Source: a virus
Taxonomy: Duplodnaviria > Caudoviricetes
Virus record (IMG/VR): IMGVR_UViG_3300035180_001680
Strand: one strand, 5' to 3'
Length of the DNA: 64,000 bases
Of the stretch, positions 16,431 to 26,808 are shown one piece after another. A program made the translations under genes and the position numbers. Every line of letters begins with the position of its first letter. Position 1 is the first letter of the stretch. A model generated the notes under the pieces. The model was given only the letters and a program-made list of their open reading frames with translations, was not told the DNA's origin and searched no databases.

Positions 16431-17648
16431 ATGGCTGTTGTTTCTTACACTTGTGATACTTGCAAACGAGATATAGATGTTCCTCAAGTTATAGATGGGT
16501 TGGAAATTATGTCTCGTTGTATTATCACAAACGGGTGTAAAGGAAAATTAGTTCAAACAGGAATTAAGTCTTCTTACATCCAAGGAAAATTGCCAGCTCC
16601 AGATCCTACTGGACTTCAAGATTGGTTACCACGAAGAGTTTATTATAAGTTATATCAAACAGTTGCTTTACGTTTGTGGAAAGTAGTTCACAATCTTGGA
16701 ACGAATCCTTCCCTTCAAGTTCATATAAAACTACCAGATGGAACTCTGATTGAGACAACAGATTATACTGTTCAATATGTAGATCCTTTTGAAGTACATA
16801 TTACATTTACCGAATCAAGGACAGGAGTAGTTCAATGTTTTGCTCGTTCATCAGTTACAGACACTCAAAGAGAAACAATTTTAACTCAACAACCGTCCCA
16901 GATTCCTTTGGTAAATATAACAGGTGGGAAAGTTCTTTCTTTAGCAGTTCCACCAACGTTTGATTTATCTGGAATTAAGATTGGATTTATATCAGGTATT
17001 ACTGGACAATTAATATCTCTTTTTCCAATCACGTTCACCACTGACACTTCTCCACTATCTCCATGGTGGAAACAACAATCGGCAGGTGTGTTACTTAATA
17101 AAGTGTTCTTTGCTGGTAAATCGTGGAATGTTCAAACAACTCGTTTAGATGATGATATTAACGCAAATCCTCTTATCGTTGATGGTTCAACATTCTTTTT
17201 AACTAATACGAAATCGTTTCCCTTACTTGCAGCTGATACTTCTCAACAAACGTTTTTAGTATCTGGTTTTTTAGATATTACTCAGCTTCCAGCAAAAACA
17301 CTCAAGGTTGTTGGTTCAAAGGGGAACGATAAAGAATACCAAGTTATTAATTCAACTCAAACCGCAACTGGAGACACTATCATCAGTGTATCTCCATCTA
17401 TTGAAATTTCTGAAATTTTTGCTAGGAGAAGTAAAATTGTAGTTGATTATCCAATACAACCATCATCAGTATACGTTCTGCTCTCTGATGACCCATACAC
17501 AGCATATGACAAAGATACCACACATATAATTGATGCGTCAAAACTCTCTCTCAAGTCATCTCTCGTTGTTACCACACAAGTAAGTGGAATTCTGTTCGTG
17601 AGAAAGGACCAACAACAAGTCGTTTACCCTGCAATTATGGTCATGTAG
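16431..17648 (+). CDS. virion structural protein with N-terminal Cys motifs and one HNL beta-domain
   Basis: CDTC...C...C; YQTVALRLWKVVHNLGTNPSLQV matches the domain repeated at 45-50 kb. Confidence 0.6.
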   Translation: MAVVSYTCDTCKRDIDVPQVIDGLEIMSRCIITNGCKGKLVQTGIKSSYIQGKLPAPDPTGLQDWLPRRVYYKLYQTVALRLWKVVHNLGTNPSLQVHIKLPDGTLIETTDYTVQYVDPFEVHITFTESRTGVVQCFARSSVTDTQRETILTQQPSQIPLVNITGGKVLSLAVPPTFDLSGIKIGFISGITGQLISLFPITFTTDTSPLSPWWKQQSAGVLLNKVFFAGKSWNVQTTRLDDDINANPLIVDGSTFFLTNTKSFPLLAADTSQQTFLVSGFLDITQLPAKTLKVVGSKGNDKEYQVINSTQTATGDTIISVSPSIEISEIFARRSKIVVDYPIQPSSVYVLLSDDPYTAYDKDTTHIIDASKLSLKSSLVVTTQVSGILFVRKDQQQVVYPAIMVM

Positions 17649-17651
17649 TTG

Positions 17652-17680
17652 TTGAAGGTCAAGGTGTTGTAACGTATAAT
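17652..17680 (+). promoter_or_regulatory. sigma70-like promoter for the helicase
   Basis: TTGAAG-17 nt-TATAAT. Confidence 0.55.
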
Positions 17681-17703
17681 AAATAAATTATCAGAGAAGA
17701 TAT

Positions 17704-19053
17704 ATGGAAATAGAAAATGTAGCAAAGCAAAAATTATTAATTGAATATATGTTATCATCTGTGGATGTTTTTGGGTTATGTGAACCCATTATACATGCGA
17801 AATATTTTGACGTTACTCTGCAAAAAGCTCTCAATTTTATATTGATTTATTACAATCAATATAACTCAATTGCTTCCTTAGAACAAGTTGAAGCCGAATC
17901 AGGAACAAAATTTACCAAACATGAATTAACAACAGACCAAACCAGATATGCATTAACAGAAGTCGAAAGTTTTTGTAAAAAAGCTGCGATTAGACAAGCA
18001 ATCCTCGATTCCGTTGAATTATATAATAAAGGAGATTATGGAAAGATTGAATCCAACCTTCGAGATGCTATCACAACGTCTGTGTTTACCCAAGCTGGTG
18101 TTGGATTGTTCGAAGATAGAAAAGAACTACTTGAACGATTAAAACAACACCCAGCTCTCGCATCCGGATACACAGAATTTGATAATATCCTTGGTGGTGG
18201 TTTACGTCGTAAAGAATTGTTATTGTTTTCAGCAAATTCCGGCGGTGGTAAGTCAATTATGATGGCCAATTTTGGATTAAATTATCTCATTAATCATGGA
18301 CTTCGTGTTTTATATTTAAGTTTTGAACTCCCTGAAGAAATGATAGCAAAACGTTTCTTCAGTATGGTTACAAGTATTGAACAAACAGAGATAACTAACC
18401 GAGAGATTGAAATTGATCATATGATGGAACAAATCCGTCAAAACATTCAAAAACAAACAGGAGTTGAAACAGTTGATATTCACATCGAACGTTTACCTTC
18501 TGGAACTACCCCTAATAGAGTACGAGGGTTTTTACGAGAATATATACTACGTAGGGGATTTCCTCCCGATTTAATAATTCTCGACTATTTGGATTTGATG
18601 AACCCAAATGAAAAGGTATCAGCAGATAATGTACATGAGAAGGATAAACAAGTAACAGAGCAGGTGTGTGAGATTCTTGTTGATTATAATATGATTGGAA
18701 TATCAGCATCACAACAAAACCGTTCAGCGGTTACTACATCTGAATTGAATCATAGTCATATAGCAGGTGGTATTAGTAAAATTAATACAACAGATATATA
18801 CGCTTCTATAATATTTAATAATGTAATGAGAGCAGCAGGAGAAATTCATTTAGAATTCTTGAAAACTCGTTCAGCTGAAGGTGTTGGAAAGCGTGTAGAG
18901 TTGAAATGGGAAAGGAAGGCGTTACGGGTAGAAAATCCTCCAGGAATAAAACCCTTGACGTTTGTAGGTAAATCATCAGATAATAAATCTGGTGAAAAAA
19001 TAAATAATCTCGAACAACGAAGTTCAAGATTATCAGATTTAATTGACATTTAA
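17704..19053 (+). CDS. replicative DNA helicase (DnaB/gp41-like)
   Basis: Walker A SANSGGGKS, SFELPE, ILDYLD, SASQQNR and LKTR. Confidence 0.93.
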   Translation: MEIENVAKQKLLIEYMLSSVDVFGLCEPIIHAKYFDVTLQKALNFILIYYNQYNSIASLEQVEAESGTKFTKHELTTDQTRYALTEVESFCKKAAIRQAILDSVELYNKGDYGKIESNLRDAITTSVFTQAGVGLFEDRKELLERLKQHPALASGYTEFDNILGGGLRRKELLLFSANSGGGKSIMMANFGLNYLINHGLRVLYLSFELPEEMIAKRFFSMVTSIEQTEITNREIEIDHMMEQIRQNIQKQTGVETVDIHIERLPSGTTPNRVRGFLREYILRRGFPPDLIILDYLDLMNPNEKVSADNVHEKDKQVTEQVCEILVDYNMIGISASQQNRSAVTTSELNHSHIAGGISKINTTDIYASIIFNNVMRAAGEIHLEFLKTRSAEGVGKRVELKWERKALRVENPPGIKPLTFVGKSSDNKSGEKINNLEQRSSRLSDLIDI

Positions 19054-19066
19054 AAAGGAGAAAATT

Positions 19067-19342
19067 ATGACAATTGAAACATTAAACATGGACGGAAAAG
19101 AATTAAAGGTAGCAGATCTTTCACAAGAAGTTCAACGGCTTGTAGCTGTTTACGAAAAGGTTTTCGCAGAACGCGCCGACGTTGAAGTTAAGCATATTTC
19201 TTTGTCTGCTGCACTTCGCCAGCTTTCGACAGATATCACTGCCGCAATTCAGGCTTCACAGACTCCCGATGAAGTTACTCCAGAGATCACTACAGAAGCC
19301 CCAGTAGCTGATACACCCGTCGCTGATGGTGGAACTGTTTAA
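19067..19342 (+). CDS. hypothetical coiled-coil protein
   Basis: AAGGAG RBS; LNMDGKELKVADLSQE followed by a helix and acidic tail. Confidence 0.75.
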   Translation: MTIETLNMDGKELKVADLSQEVQRLVAVYEKVFAERADVEVKHISLSAALRQLSTDITAAIQASQTPDEVTPEITTEAPVADTPVADGGTV

Positions 19343-19351
19343 GGAGATTTT

Positions 19352-19657
19352 ATGATTCGTGCGTATGAACCTATCAAAATTAAGTATGAAAAAGACTCTG
19401 GAGAGGTATCTACACGGACAATAATTCCAACAACAACAGTTCCGCATAACATTCGGGCCGTTGATATTTCACAATTCAACGAGGATGAGCAAAATCGATT
19501 AATCGATTTGTTTAAACAATATCAAGAGTATGTTGATTCTGTATATGAAACAATGTTTTCGTTTTCAGATTGGGCAGAACATTCCACTGGGGTAGTTTTC
19601 GAAACTGAACTCCCTTGGCGAACATTCAAACACTCAAATACGACAGTCTTGGATTGA
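19352..19657 (+). CDS. small WYL/SH3-like domain protein
   Basis: IKIKYEKDSGEVSTRTIIP...WRTFK; AAGGAG RBS. Confidence 0.5.
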   Translation: MIRAYEPIKIKYEKDSGEVSTRTIIPTTTVPHNIRAVDISQFNEDEQNRLIDLFKQYQEYVDSVYETMFSFSDWAEHSTGVVFETELPWRTFKHSNTTVLD

Positions 19658-19667
19658 TTTTGTTTTG

Positions 19668-19702
19668 AAAGAAAGGGAGACTTTGTGTCTCCCTTTCTTT
19701 TT
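19668..19702 (+). terminator. intrinsic terminator
   Basis: AAAGAAAGGGAGAC-TTTGT-GTCTCCCTTTCTTT 14-bp stem. Confidence 0.85.
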
Positions 19703-19703
19703 G

Positions 19704-19711
19704 TATAAATA
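19704..19711 (+). promoter_or_regulatory. T4-type late promoter
   Basis: TATAAATA about 30 nt before ATG 19741. Confidence 0.75.
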
Positions 19712-19740
19712 CACCATAATACCCGAAAAAGGATTGGTAT

Positions 19741-20706
19741 ATGAAGCATATTCGTAAATTACTAAAAGAAACAGCTGCAGCTGGTGCAACAACAGCAGGA
19801 GGAATTGCTGGGGTGCGAGGTGTTCTTTTTTCAAAACCTATCAAGCGTCAGAAAGAAAAAAACATAAAGGTTCAACGAATTGTGTTTCATAATGATGCTC
19901 GTGGATTGAGAGAAAGTTTGTTGAATTCTTTTCTCAAAGAAACTGAAGAAGGACAATTCAAAACAATTGATGTTATTTCCAAACTAAACAACGCTCAAAG
20001 AGATTTTAACTTTGAAAAACACACAGTTGCGTTTGGTGTTGAAGATGACAACGGACAAACAGTAAAAGTTTACGTTCGTGCAAATCAAGCAGATCAATTT
20101 GAAAAAACCCTCTCTGAAATTCTTTATGACAAAAATGAAGATCCTCGAGAGGTTGCGGAGATATTGTTTAATTTAAAAGACAAATTTGAAATCGTTCACG
20201 TTGATTGGGGTGAGGTTGAAGAAGACGAAGAAGAAGTTCCAGCTCGAGGTGCTGAAGGAACAGATAATGGTGACCAATCACTATCACTTGATGATACAAC
20301 CGGGGGATCTCCTGGAATGAACGATAATTCTGGAGATCTTGACATGGGTGATGGAGATCAACCACCTGACGAATCTGAAGCAACATCGGTTTTAGATAAA
20401 GTTATTGCGATGTTAAAAGCTGACGCAGAAGCAAGAACAGCAGAAGCAAAAGCGAAAGAAGCAGAATATAATTCCAAAGAAGCAGAGTTTGCTGCAAAGA
20501 CTGCTGAAGCAAAGATTAAGGGTGAGGAAGAAATCCTCAATATGGAAGATTTTTTCAAAAAACAAAACGATGAAAAGAAAGAAGCACAAAAGTTAGCAAA
20601 ATTGGCTCGATATCGTCATGAAAAAGCTGCATCTGTTGACGACGATGAATATGATGATTATAAAAACGATGATTATAGTTATAATGATAGAGGAGCAACA
20701 TTATGA
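19741..20706 (+). CDS. acidic putative head/core protein
   Basis: Late promoter; MKHIRKLLKE leader, ATTAGGIAG motif, long acidic and coiled regions. Confidence 0.55.
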   Translation: MKHIRKLLKETAAAGATTAGGIAGVRGVLFSKPIKRQKEKNIKVQRIVFHNDARGLRESLLNSFLKETEEGQFKTIDVISKLNNAQRDFNFEKHTVAFGVEDDNGQTVKVYVRANQADQFEKTLSEILYDKNEDPREVAEILFNLKDKFEIVHVDWGEVEEDEEEVPARGAEGTDNGDQSLSLDDTTGGSPGMNDNSGDLDMGDGDQPPDESEATSVLDKVIAMLKADAEARTAEAKAKEAEYNSKEAEFAAKTAEAKIKGEEEILNMEDFFKKQNDEKKEAQKLAKLARYRHEKAASVDDDEYDDYKNDDYSYNDRGATL

Positions 20707-20969
20707 AAGTATCATTCTCTGATTTTATATTAAATGAGGATCTTGCTGCTGATGTGTTGAACCTACAACAACAAATTTCTGCTTTGCAAGCTAAAATGAA
20801 TCAATCATCGAAGCCACTCAACGATCAATTAATTCGTTTACAACAACAGTTAGCTCAAAAACAAAAACAGTTGAGTTCTCAAAGACGAACAGAGCCTCCT
20901 CAAGCACCTCAGCCGCCTCCTCAGCCTGGATCTCAACAACCAACTACACAGAATACACCAACCCAATGA
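20703..20969 (+). CDS. Q/P-rich coiled-coil protein, putative internal head protein
   Basis: MKVSFSDFILNE leader; ATGA overlaps on both sides. Confidence 0.55.
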   Translation: MKVSFSDFILNEDLAADVLNLQQQISALQAKMNQSSKPLNDQLIRLQQQLAQKQKQLSSQRRTEPPQAPQPPPQPGSQQPTTQNTPTQ

Positions 20970-21637
20970 GATTTAACCATGTGAACGTTCCTGTTTTCGA
21001 GGAAATGAAAACAAAGACGGTTGATGGGTTGCGGTGGTATAAAACTCCTGAAGGTGATTTGTATCCGTCTATTACGTCTGTTTTAGGAACAAAGGAAAAG
21101 CCACATCTTGAAAATTGGAAGAAGATGCTAGGTCCCGATAAAGCCAAGAAAGAAACTGATCGTTGTGCTGAACGAGGAACAGCAGTTCATTTAATAGCTG
21201 AAAAGTATTTAAATAACGAAGAAGATCCACTTAAGGGTCAGCCAAATGAATATGTTAAGCTGTTCAATCAGATAAGATTCGGGCTTAATAGGATAAACAA
21301 TATACGTGTTCAAGAAGTACCACTGTACAGTAAAGAATTTCAAGTTGCTGGTAGGGTTGATTGTATTGCGGAATTTGATAAAGTGTTGTCGGTTATTGAC
21401 TTTAAAACTTCAAACGGGAATAAGGATGAAAGTATGATTGAAGATTATTTTCTTCAAGAAACTTTTTATGCTCTTGCTTATTTGGAAAACTTTGGAGAAG
21501 AAATTTTACAAATTGTAACTATAATGGCTGTTGAAAAAGGTGCAGTTCCTCTTATATTTAAAAAGAATATTTTACCTTATGTGTCACCTCTCAAAAAACG
21601 TGTGAATGAATTTTATACCAACCGTGTAAAGAAATAA
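20966..21637 (+). CDS. PD-(D/E)XK exonuclease (RecB/Cas4-like family of T4-like phages)
   Basis: YPSITSVLG, RGTAVH, AGRVDC, IDFKTS and YFLQETFYA. Confidence 0.88.
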   Translation: MRFNHVNVPVFEEMKTKTVDGLRWYKTPEGDLYPSITSVLGTKEKPHLENWKKMLGPDKAKKETDRCAERGTAVHLIAEKYLNNEEDPLKGQPNEYVKLFNQIRFGLNRINNIRVQEVPLYSKEFQVAGRVDCIAEFDKVLSVIDFKTSNGNKDESMIEDYFLQETFYALAYLENFGEEILQIVTIMAVEKGAVPLIFKKNILPYVSPLKKRVNEFYTNRVKK

Positions 21638-21701
21638 AACCCTCCTTTGTTTTCTCTACAATGCAGGTTTAATAAATAACCTAAAGTCGGGGATTATTAC
21701 A

Positions 21702-22673
21702 ATGGATACGTTTACTTCAATCGAGCAATTAAATAAAGCATTTAAATCACACGAAATTTCAAAAATTCCAAGTGAAATAACAATTGGTGCAACAGCCTTT
21801 TCTTTTAGAGAAAGTTTAATTCCATCAAGCTTGATTGAATTAAACAATGGAAAGAAAATATTAGCACTTTACAACGAACACCCAAAATCCTCCGGACAAC
21901 GGTTGGTACTGGTTTGGTCTATGAAATCTGGACTTGTCATTTCTCCACTTCTCGTAAAACTTGTTGGTCATTTCAGGGGTGGTTCTGAAGAAAGTATTAT
22001 GAAGACAGAGTCCCAGCAAGCCAGTAAGAACGAAAAACCTGAAGAGCCAGTGATAGGTTCTCACATAGACGTTATATTGAATGGTTTTAATGATAATCAG
22101 ACCATTCGTGGAAAAGTAGACACTGGAGCAACAATAAACTCACTTCATGCTACAAATATTAAAATCCGAAAAGATCCATATGAACCAGAGCAAGAGATCG
22201 TTGATTTTGAATTTAACGGAAAACGATATTCGGTTGGTTTAGCTCAATACCAATCTGTACAATCAGCCGATGGAGGAATCAAATATCGTCCTGTTGTTCA
22301 GTTTACTGTTAAGTATGGAGAAAAGGTTGTTCCAGATGTAATGTTTAACCTGAATGATAGGGAAGATATGGAAGATAAATTATTAATCGGAATGAATTTA
22401 TTAAGTGGTATTGGTTATAAGATCGATCCGACATTAGAATCTATTGATTTGTCTGTTCCGGTTTCTGCTGAAGAATGGGAGTTAATATTGGAAGAGATAG
22501 AAGGTCTTGAAATAGATGAATCTGTTTGTGGAACAGAAGATAGTTTAACAGGAAAAACGTCTGATGTTCATGCATTGTATGAGTACTTGGTAAAACAAGA
22601 AGTCACGTTTTCGACGTTACTAGGACATGTTAAAATGGATACAATAAAAATTATGGAAAACCTGGAGTCATAA
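21702..22673 (+). CDS. retropepsin-like protease (RimK-associated putative ATP-dependent Zn-protease family)
   Basis: KVDTGATINSLHA, RPVV, FNLNDREDMEDKLLIGMN; AATAAATA late promoter at 21671. Confidence 0.75.
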   Translation: MDTFTSIEQLNKAFKSHEISKIPSEITIGATAFSFRESLIPSSLIELNNGKKILALYNEHPKSSGQRLVLVWSMKSGLVISPLLVKLVGHFRGGSEESIMKTESQQASKNEKPEEPVIGSHIDVILNGFNDNQTIRGKVDTGATINSLHATNIKIRKDPYEPEQEIVDFEFNGKRYSVGLAQYQSVQSADGGIKYRPVVQFTVKYGEKVVPDVMFNLNDREDMEDKLLIGMNLLSGIGYKIDPTLESIDLSVPVSAEEWELILEEIEGLEIDESVCGTEDSLTGKTSDVHALYEYLVKQEVTFSTLLGHVKMDTIKIMENLES

Positions 22674-22676
22674 TAT

Positions 22677-23297
22677 ATGGAAGTTAAATCACCTTTTCTT
22701 GTAATTCAAAATTTTGTTTCTCCTTTGTTGTGTGAACAAATTGTGAATGCTGTTGATTTTTTGATGCCAGAAACGAATAAAGAAGGAATTCCTCAAGTAA
22801 CAATTCGACAAAACGATGAAGCTCAAAAAATTCTTTTTAGTAGGTTTGAACAAATCATTCCCCAAATAGAACAACATTATGGTGTATCATATAGAGGAAC
22901 AGAACCAATATTAATAGAGTGGCTCACTGAAGGTGCTGAAGGTTCATTTACTTGTGAAAATAGTTCTCGTTTACACAATAAATGGGTTAAAACAAGAGAT
23001 CGTGACTTTTCTGCAATTTTATTTTTGTCGGATTATCAAGATAATATTCCCTTTGATGATGAGTTTGAAGTTTATGGGGGAAAACTTGAATTCCCTCAAT
23101 GGAATTTTGGTTTCAACCCCCAACGTGGAACATTGATAATTTATCCCAGTGATCCTCATTTTATAAACATATCAACTAAAATTTTAGTAGGGGATTTATT
23201 CCAGGCGCGATTTCACGTAGCCACCCAGGTCCCGTTTTTGTTTAATATAAAGGATTTTCCTGGTGATTATATATCGTGGTTTAGGGATATAACATAA
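22677..23297 (+). CDS. 2OG-Fe(II) oxygenase-fold protein, apparently lacking metal ligands
   Basis: NFVSPLLCEQI, RDFSAILFL, GGKLEF and GTLIIYPS are present; the HxD position reads TCEN. Confidence 0.7.
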   Translation: MEVKSPFLVIQNFVSPLLCEQIVNAVDFLMPETNKEGIPQVTIRQNDEAQKILFSRFEQIIPQIEQHYGVSYRGTEPILIEWLTEGAEGSFTCENSSRLHNKWVKTRDRDFSAILFLSDYQDNIPFDDEFEVYGGKLEFPQWNFGFNPQRGTLIIYPSDPHFINISTKILVGDLFQARFHVATQVPFLFNIKDFPGDYISWFRDIT

Positions 23298-23298
23298 T

Positions 23299-24684
23299 AT
23301 GTCTACTTCTTCTACTTTTAATAATCCAAATTATTCTGGGTTTACAGTAGGTACTGTTGTTGATACAAATGACCCTCAACAAACCGGAAGAGTTCGTGTA
23401 TTGGTTCCAAGTTATGGTGACAGACCTGATATGCCAACTGAAAATCTTCCGTGGGCTGTATGTGTTTCCCCTCTGGGTGGAACTGTTAATAATGAAAAAA
23501 TTAAAAGGGGAACTGAAGAAGCTTCTTCTAATGGTCCAGTTGCTTATGGGTTTTGGAATATTCCCAAGATTGGAACAACGGTGGTTGTTACGTGTATTGA
23601 TGGACATCCAATGTCAAGGTTGTGGATCGGAAGTTTACACACAGAACGTTTGAGTCACACACTCCCACACGGACGTTTCATATTTGGGGACGGAGAACCA
23701 GATGGGCCACTTGATTCATACGAACAACCAATTCAACCTTTATATGATAATCAAACAAACGCTTTTGGTTCAAGAACAGGGAACTATGAATGGAGAACAA
23801 GGGGTGCTGATTATTCTGTTTCAGCGACTTCTGGTGATTTCTATATAACAGATGGAATAAATTCAACACCTGATGACAAAGATCACAAGTTTACATCAGC
23901 TGATGGGAAAACAGTTAATATTAGACAGGGATATGGATTAAGTCAAATTGAACCAACATTAGCATCATCTACTACAAAAGAAAATTTTGACTCACAAGTG
24001 TATTCTTGGACATCACCTGGTTTCCATTCAATATCAATGGATGACAGGAAAGAAAATTGTAGAGTTAAAATCCGAACAACATCTGGCCACCAAATAATTT
24101 TGGATGACACAAATGAAAGAATTTATATTAATACAAGCAACGGAAACAGTTGGATAGAATTTGATGAAGATGGAAACATTGACGTATATTCAGCAACGAA
24201 AGTTAACGTTAGAACAGAAGGTGATATCAATTTTACGGCGAACAAATCAATTCGTATGTATGCTGACGAAGCAATTCATATGTTCACTAAACAAGTAAGA
24301 ATTCAAACGATAGAAGACTTGCATATAAAGGCTGGAACGTATGTTAAAGTTCATTCGGCTTCAGATATGAATTTACAGACAGACACAAATTTAAATATTA
24401 ATGTGGGAACTGAAGGAATGATTAAAACAGGTGGAACACTTCATTTGTTTGCTGGTGGGAACATATTAGGTAAAGGAAGTCAAGTTCATTTTAACGGTCC
24501 TCCACCTTCCGAGGCAGCAGTTGCTGGAGAGGAACCTGCCAAATGGACAAACAGGCTTCCATCTCATGAACCATATGCTCGAACAACAACAAAAACAGAT
24601 TACTCACATGAACCAAAATATTCATATGATGATCCCTCTATTGGTTCTGAAGATAAGACTCGAGGAAAGTATTGGAGAAGGTAA
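23299..24684 (+). CDS. baseplate hub/spike gp5-VgrG-like protein without lysozyme domain
   Basis: OB-fold GTVVDTNDPQQTGRVRV...LPWA; TTSGHQIILDD; beta-helix repeats. Confidence 0.88.
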   Translation: MSTSSTFNNPNYSGFTVGTVVDTNDPQQTGRVRVLVPSYGDRPDMPTENLPWAVCVSPLGGTVNNEKIKRGTEEASSNGPVAYGFWNIPKIGTTVVVTCIDGHPMSRLWIGSLHTERLSHTLPHGRFIFGDGEPDGPLDSYEQPIQPLYDNQTNAFGSRTGNYEWRTRGADYSVSATSGDFYITDGINSTPDDKDHKFTSADGKTVNIRQGYGLSQIEPTLASSTTKENFDSQVYSWTSPGFHSISMDDRKENCRVKIRTTSGHQIILDDTNERIYINTSNGNSWIEFDEDGNIDVYSATKVNVRTEGDINFTANKSIRMYADEAIHMFTKQVRIQTIEDLHIKAGTYVKVHSASDMNLQTDTNLNINVGTEGMIKTGGTLHLFAGGNILGKGSQVHFNGPPPSEAAVAGEEPAKWTNRLPSHEPYARTTTKTDYSHEPKYSYDDPSIGSEDKTRGKYWRR

Positions 24685-24711
24685 ATATATTACCAAACAC
24701 AAGGATTTGAT

Positions 24712-25140
24712 ATGGCTACGTATAAAGGGTTTTCAACTAAATTTTATGGAGTTTGTAATACAGTGGTGAATGCTGGTTCATCTATTGTATACCAATCTTC
24801 TCCTGATAGTGGACCAAATGTCAATTTTTCATTAAAAGACGTAAATTTGGTAAAACAAGATATTTTGAATAACATTTGTACGACCAAAGGGTCTAGAGTC
24901 ATGCAACCATCTCAAGGTACTATTATTCCTGATTTGTTATTTGAACCGCTGGATTCAACTTCCTTGGTTATTTTAGAAGATGAAATAACAAGAGTTATAA
25001 ATGCTGACCCAAGAGTTAGTTTACTGAATTTGTCAATAACCCCAAATTATGATTCAAATTCTGTAAGTGCTAACATCATGCTCCAGTTCATCCAACTTAA
25101 TATGGTTTCGGGGTTTGAACTCAATATTCAATTTGAATAA
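24712..25140 (+). CDS. baseplate wedge gp25-like
   Basis: DVNLVKQDILN, KGSRVMQPSQGT...LFEP and DPRV. Confidence 0.88.
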   Translation: MATYKGFSTKFYGVCNTVVNAGSSIVYQSSPDSGPNVNFSLKDVNLVKQDILNNICTTKGSRVMQPSQGTIIPDLLFEPLDSTSLVILEDEITRVINADPRVSLLNLSITPNYDSNSVSANIMLQFIQLNMVSGFELNIQFE

Positions 25141-26702
25141 TTGGGAGTGTAAATCCATACAGAATTTCCACAATCCCAGATTCTTTCATATCCATGGTTC
25201 TTCATATTTTCATATTCAGTGAGGTTAGGGTCGTATCGTTCCAACAAATTTGTTAATTTATGTTTTTGGAACTTGATTCGAGAGTATACTTGAAACAATC
25301 CCTTGGATTGATTAAAATAAAAATAATTTGGAGATGAATCGTGTGTTCGAACAAATCCCAGTTGATTGTATAAATTTCCAGTATTCCATCTTTTATCGGA
25401 ATAACTAACAATTGAAGCAGTTGGGTGCGATTTAACAAATGCTTTAAATAATTTAGAAGGTCCTCCTACTATTGTGGTAAAGAGTTTAGTACTATATCTA
25501 ATTAATTCAAACTGAGCAGATTTGGTATACCTGGTTTTCGAGAATGACATGCATGCAACAAGTTCTTTGTCGAAGAATAATCCTAAATTTACAGAAGAAC
25601 TCCTGCATCCTCCTTGAATATGAGTTTTTTCAAAAAAACTAAACCCTTCTTTAAAAGATATTTCTCGTAACTCACACTGCCTTCCATATATTCGTTGATT
25701 CTTTCCTAACAATGAACAGATTCTTGATTTTACTTTATCTGGGTGATTTATGAATTCATGTTCAAAAACATGGATTAGTCTAATACCTTGTTTTTCACAT
25801 TCTTTAGTTTTGTTTAAGTGATAATTAGGTTCTTTAAACTGTTCACTGTGCCAATATAAACCGTCACACTCAAACGCGAGTTTTAGTGAAGGAATATAAA
25901 TATCAAGTTCTTGTGGAGGAATGATATTTCTACTTTTTCCGCTAATTACCCCCAAAGATTCAACGTAATCTCTGATGTGTTGTTCGAAAGACGAGTTGTG
26001 TGTTTGGGTTGGAATTGAATGTTTGGCTAGTGTGTTTGATATGTGTGCCTGACTAACTCCTAATTCAGATGCAACTGAAAATGTAGATTTGTGTTTATCA
26101 TATAGTTCTTGGAGTATTTGTTTGTTTGATAATACACGTTTAGATTCTATGGAAATCGTTGATTTGTTAAAATTTATATCTCCATACCGCTCCAGCATTG
26201 TTTTTTCTTTTTTCTCACGAACAGTGTCATCCAGATATGCATACTCAACTCCTCTACGATTCAAGTTTGTTTGTTTTCGTTTTATATTTGAATCTGACAC
26301 ACAAAACGCACACGTTTGACTACAATATGTATTAAATGTTTTTTGTGTGGTTGTATTCCATTTTAAGTCATTTCCACAAAAACATTTGGGTGGTGTTGAT
26401 GTGTTATTTTTAATATAATACAATCTTTCTCTTAATGTACTATTGGGAGATAAAAAAGAAGTCGAATTTATTATTTGTTCCCACAATACCTGCATGTTTT
26501 TGTCTCGTGGAGATATTATTTTTCTTGTATCATCAACAATATCACACCATTTTATAATATCATCAATTGTTTTGATGTTGAGAAAAGATTTAACTCTTTT
26601 TGATAACGTGTTGGTGTATATGCTGTGTTCTGATGCTATCAAAGATATTGACTTGGAGGTATATAAAACTTCTGTTATAAGTTCTTCATAATTTATTTTC
26701 AT
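25128..26702 (-). mobile_element. free-standing homing-endonuclease-like gene 1 (Zn finger, HTH, Vsr/DUF559-like nuclease, C-terminal GNAT-like domain)
   Basis: CFC...YCSQTC; RKQTNLNRRGV repeats; ELDIYIP...FECDGLYWHS; C-terminal RIWDCG. Antisense insertion between gp25 and gp6 with its own TATAAATA at 26726-26733. Confidence 0.75.
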
Positions 26703-26808
26703 TTTTGCGTTCTTTTTGATATGTGTATTTATACCGAAAGAAAAGATTTTAACGCATTTCAACCTTTGTGTAACGAATGATAAATATAAAAAACATATGG
26801 ATAATAGA

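Noticed and set aside
11284-19053. Inteins or group I introns in nrdJ, helicase or topoisomerase
   Set aside because: The reading frames are continuous and of expected size, with no Hint-domain boundary motifs visible.
23299-24684. Absence of a lysozyme domain in gp5
   Set aside because: Common among T4-like and jumbo phages; not unusual.
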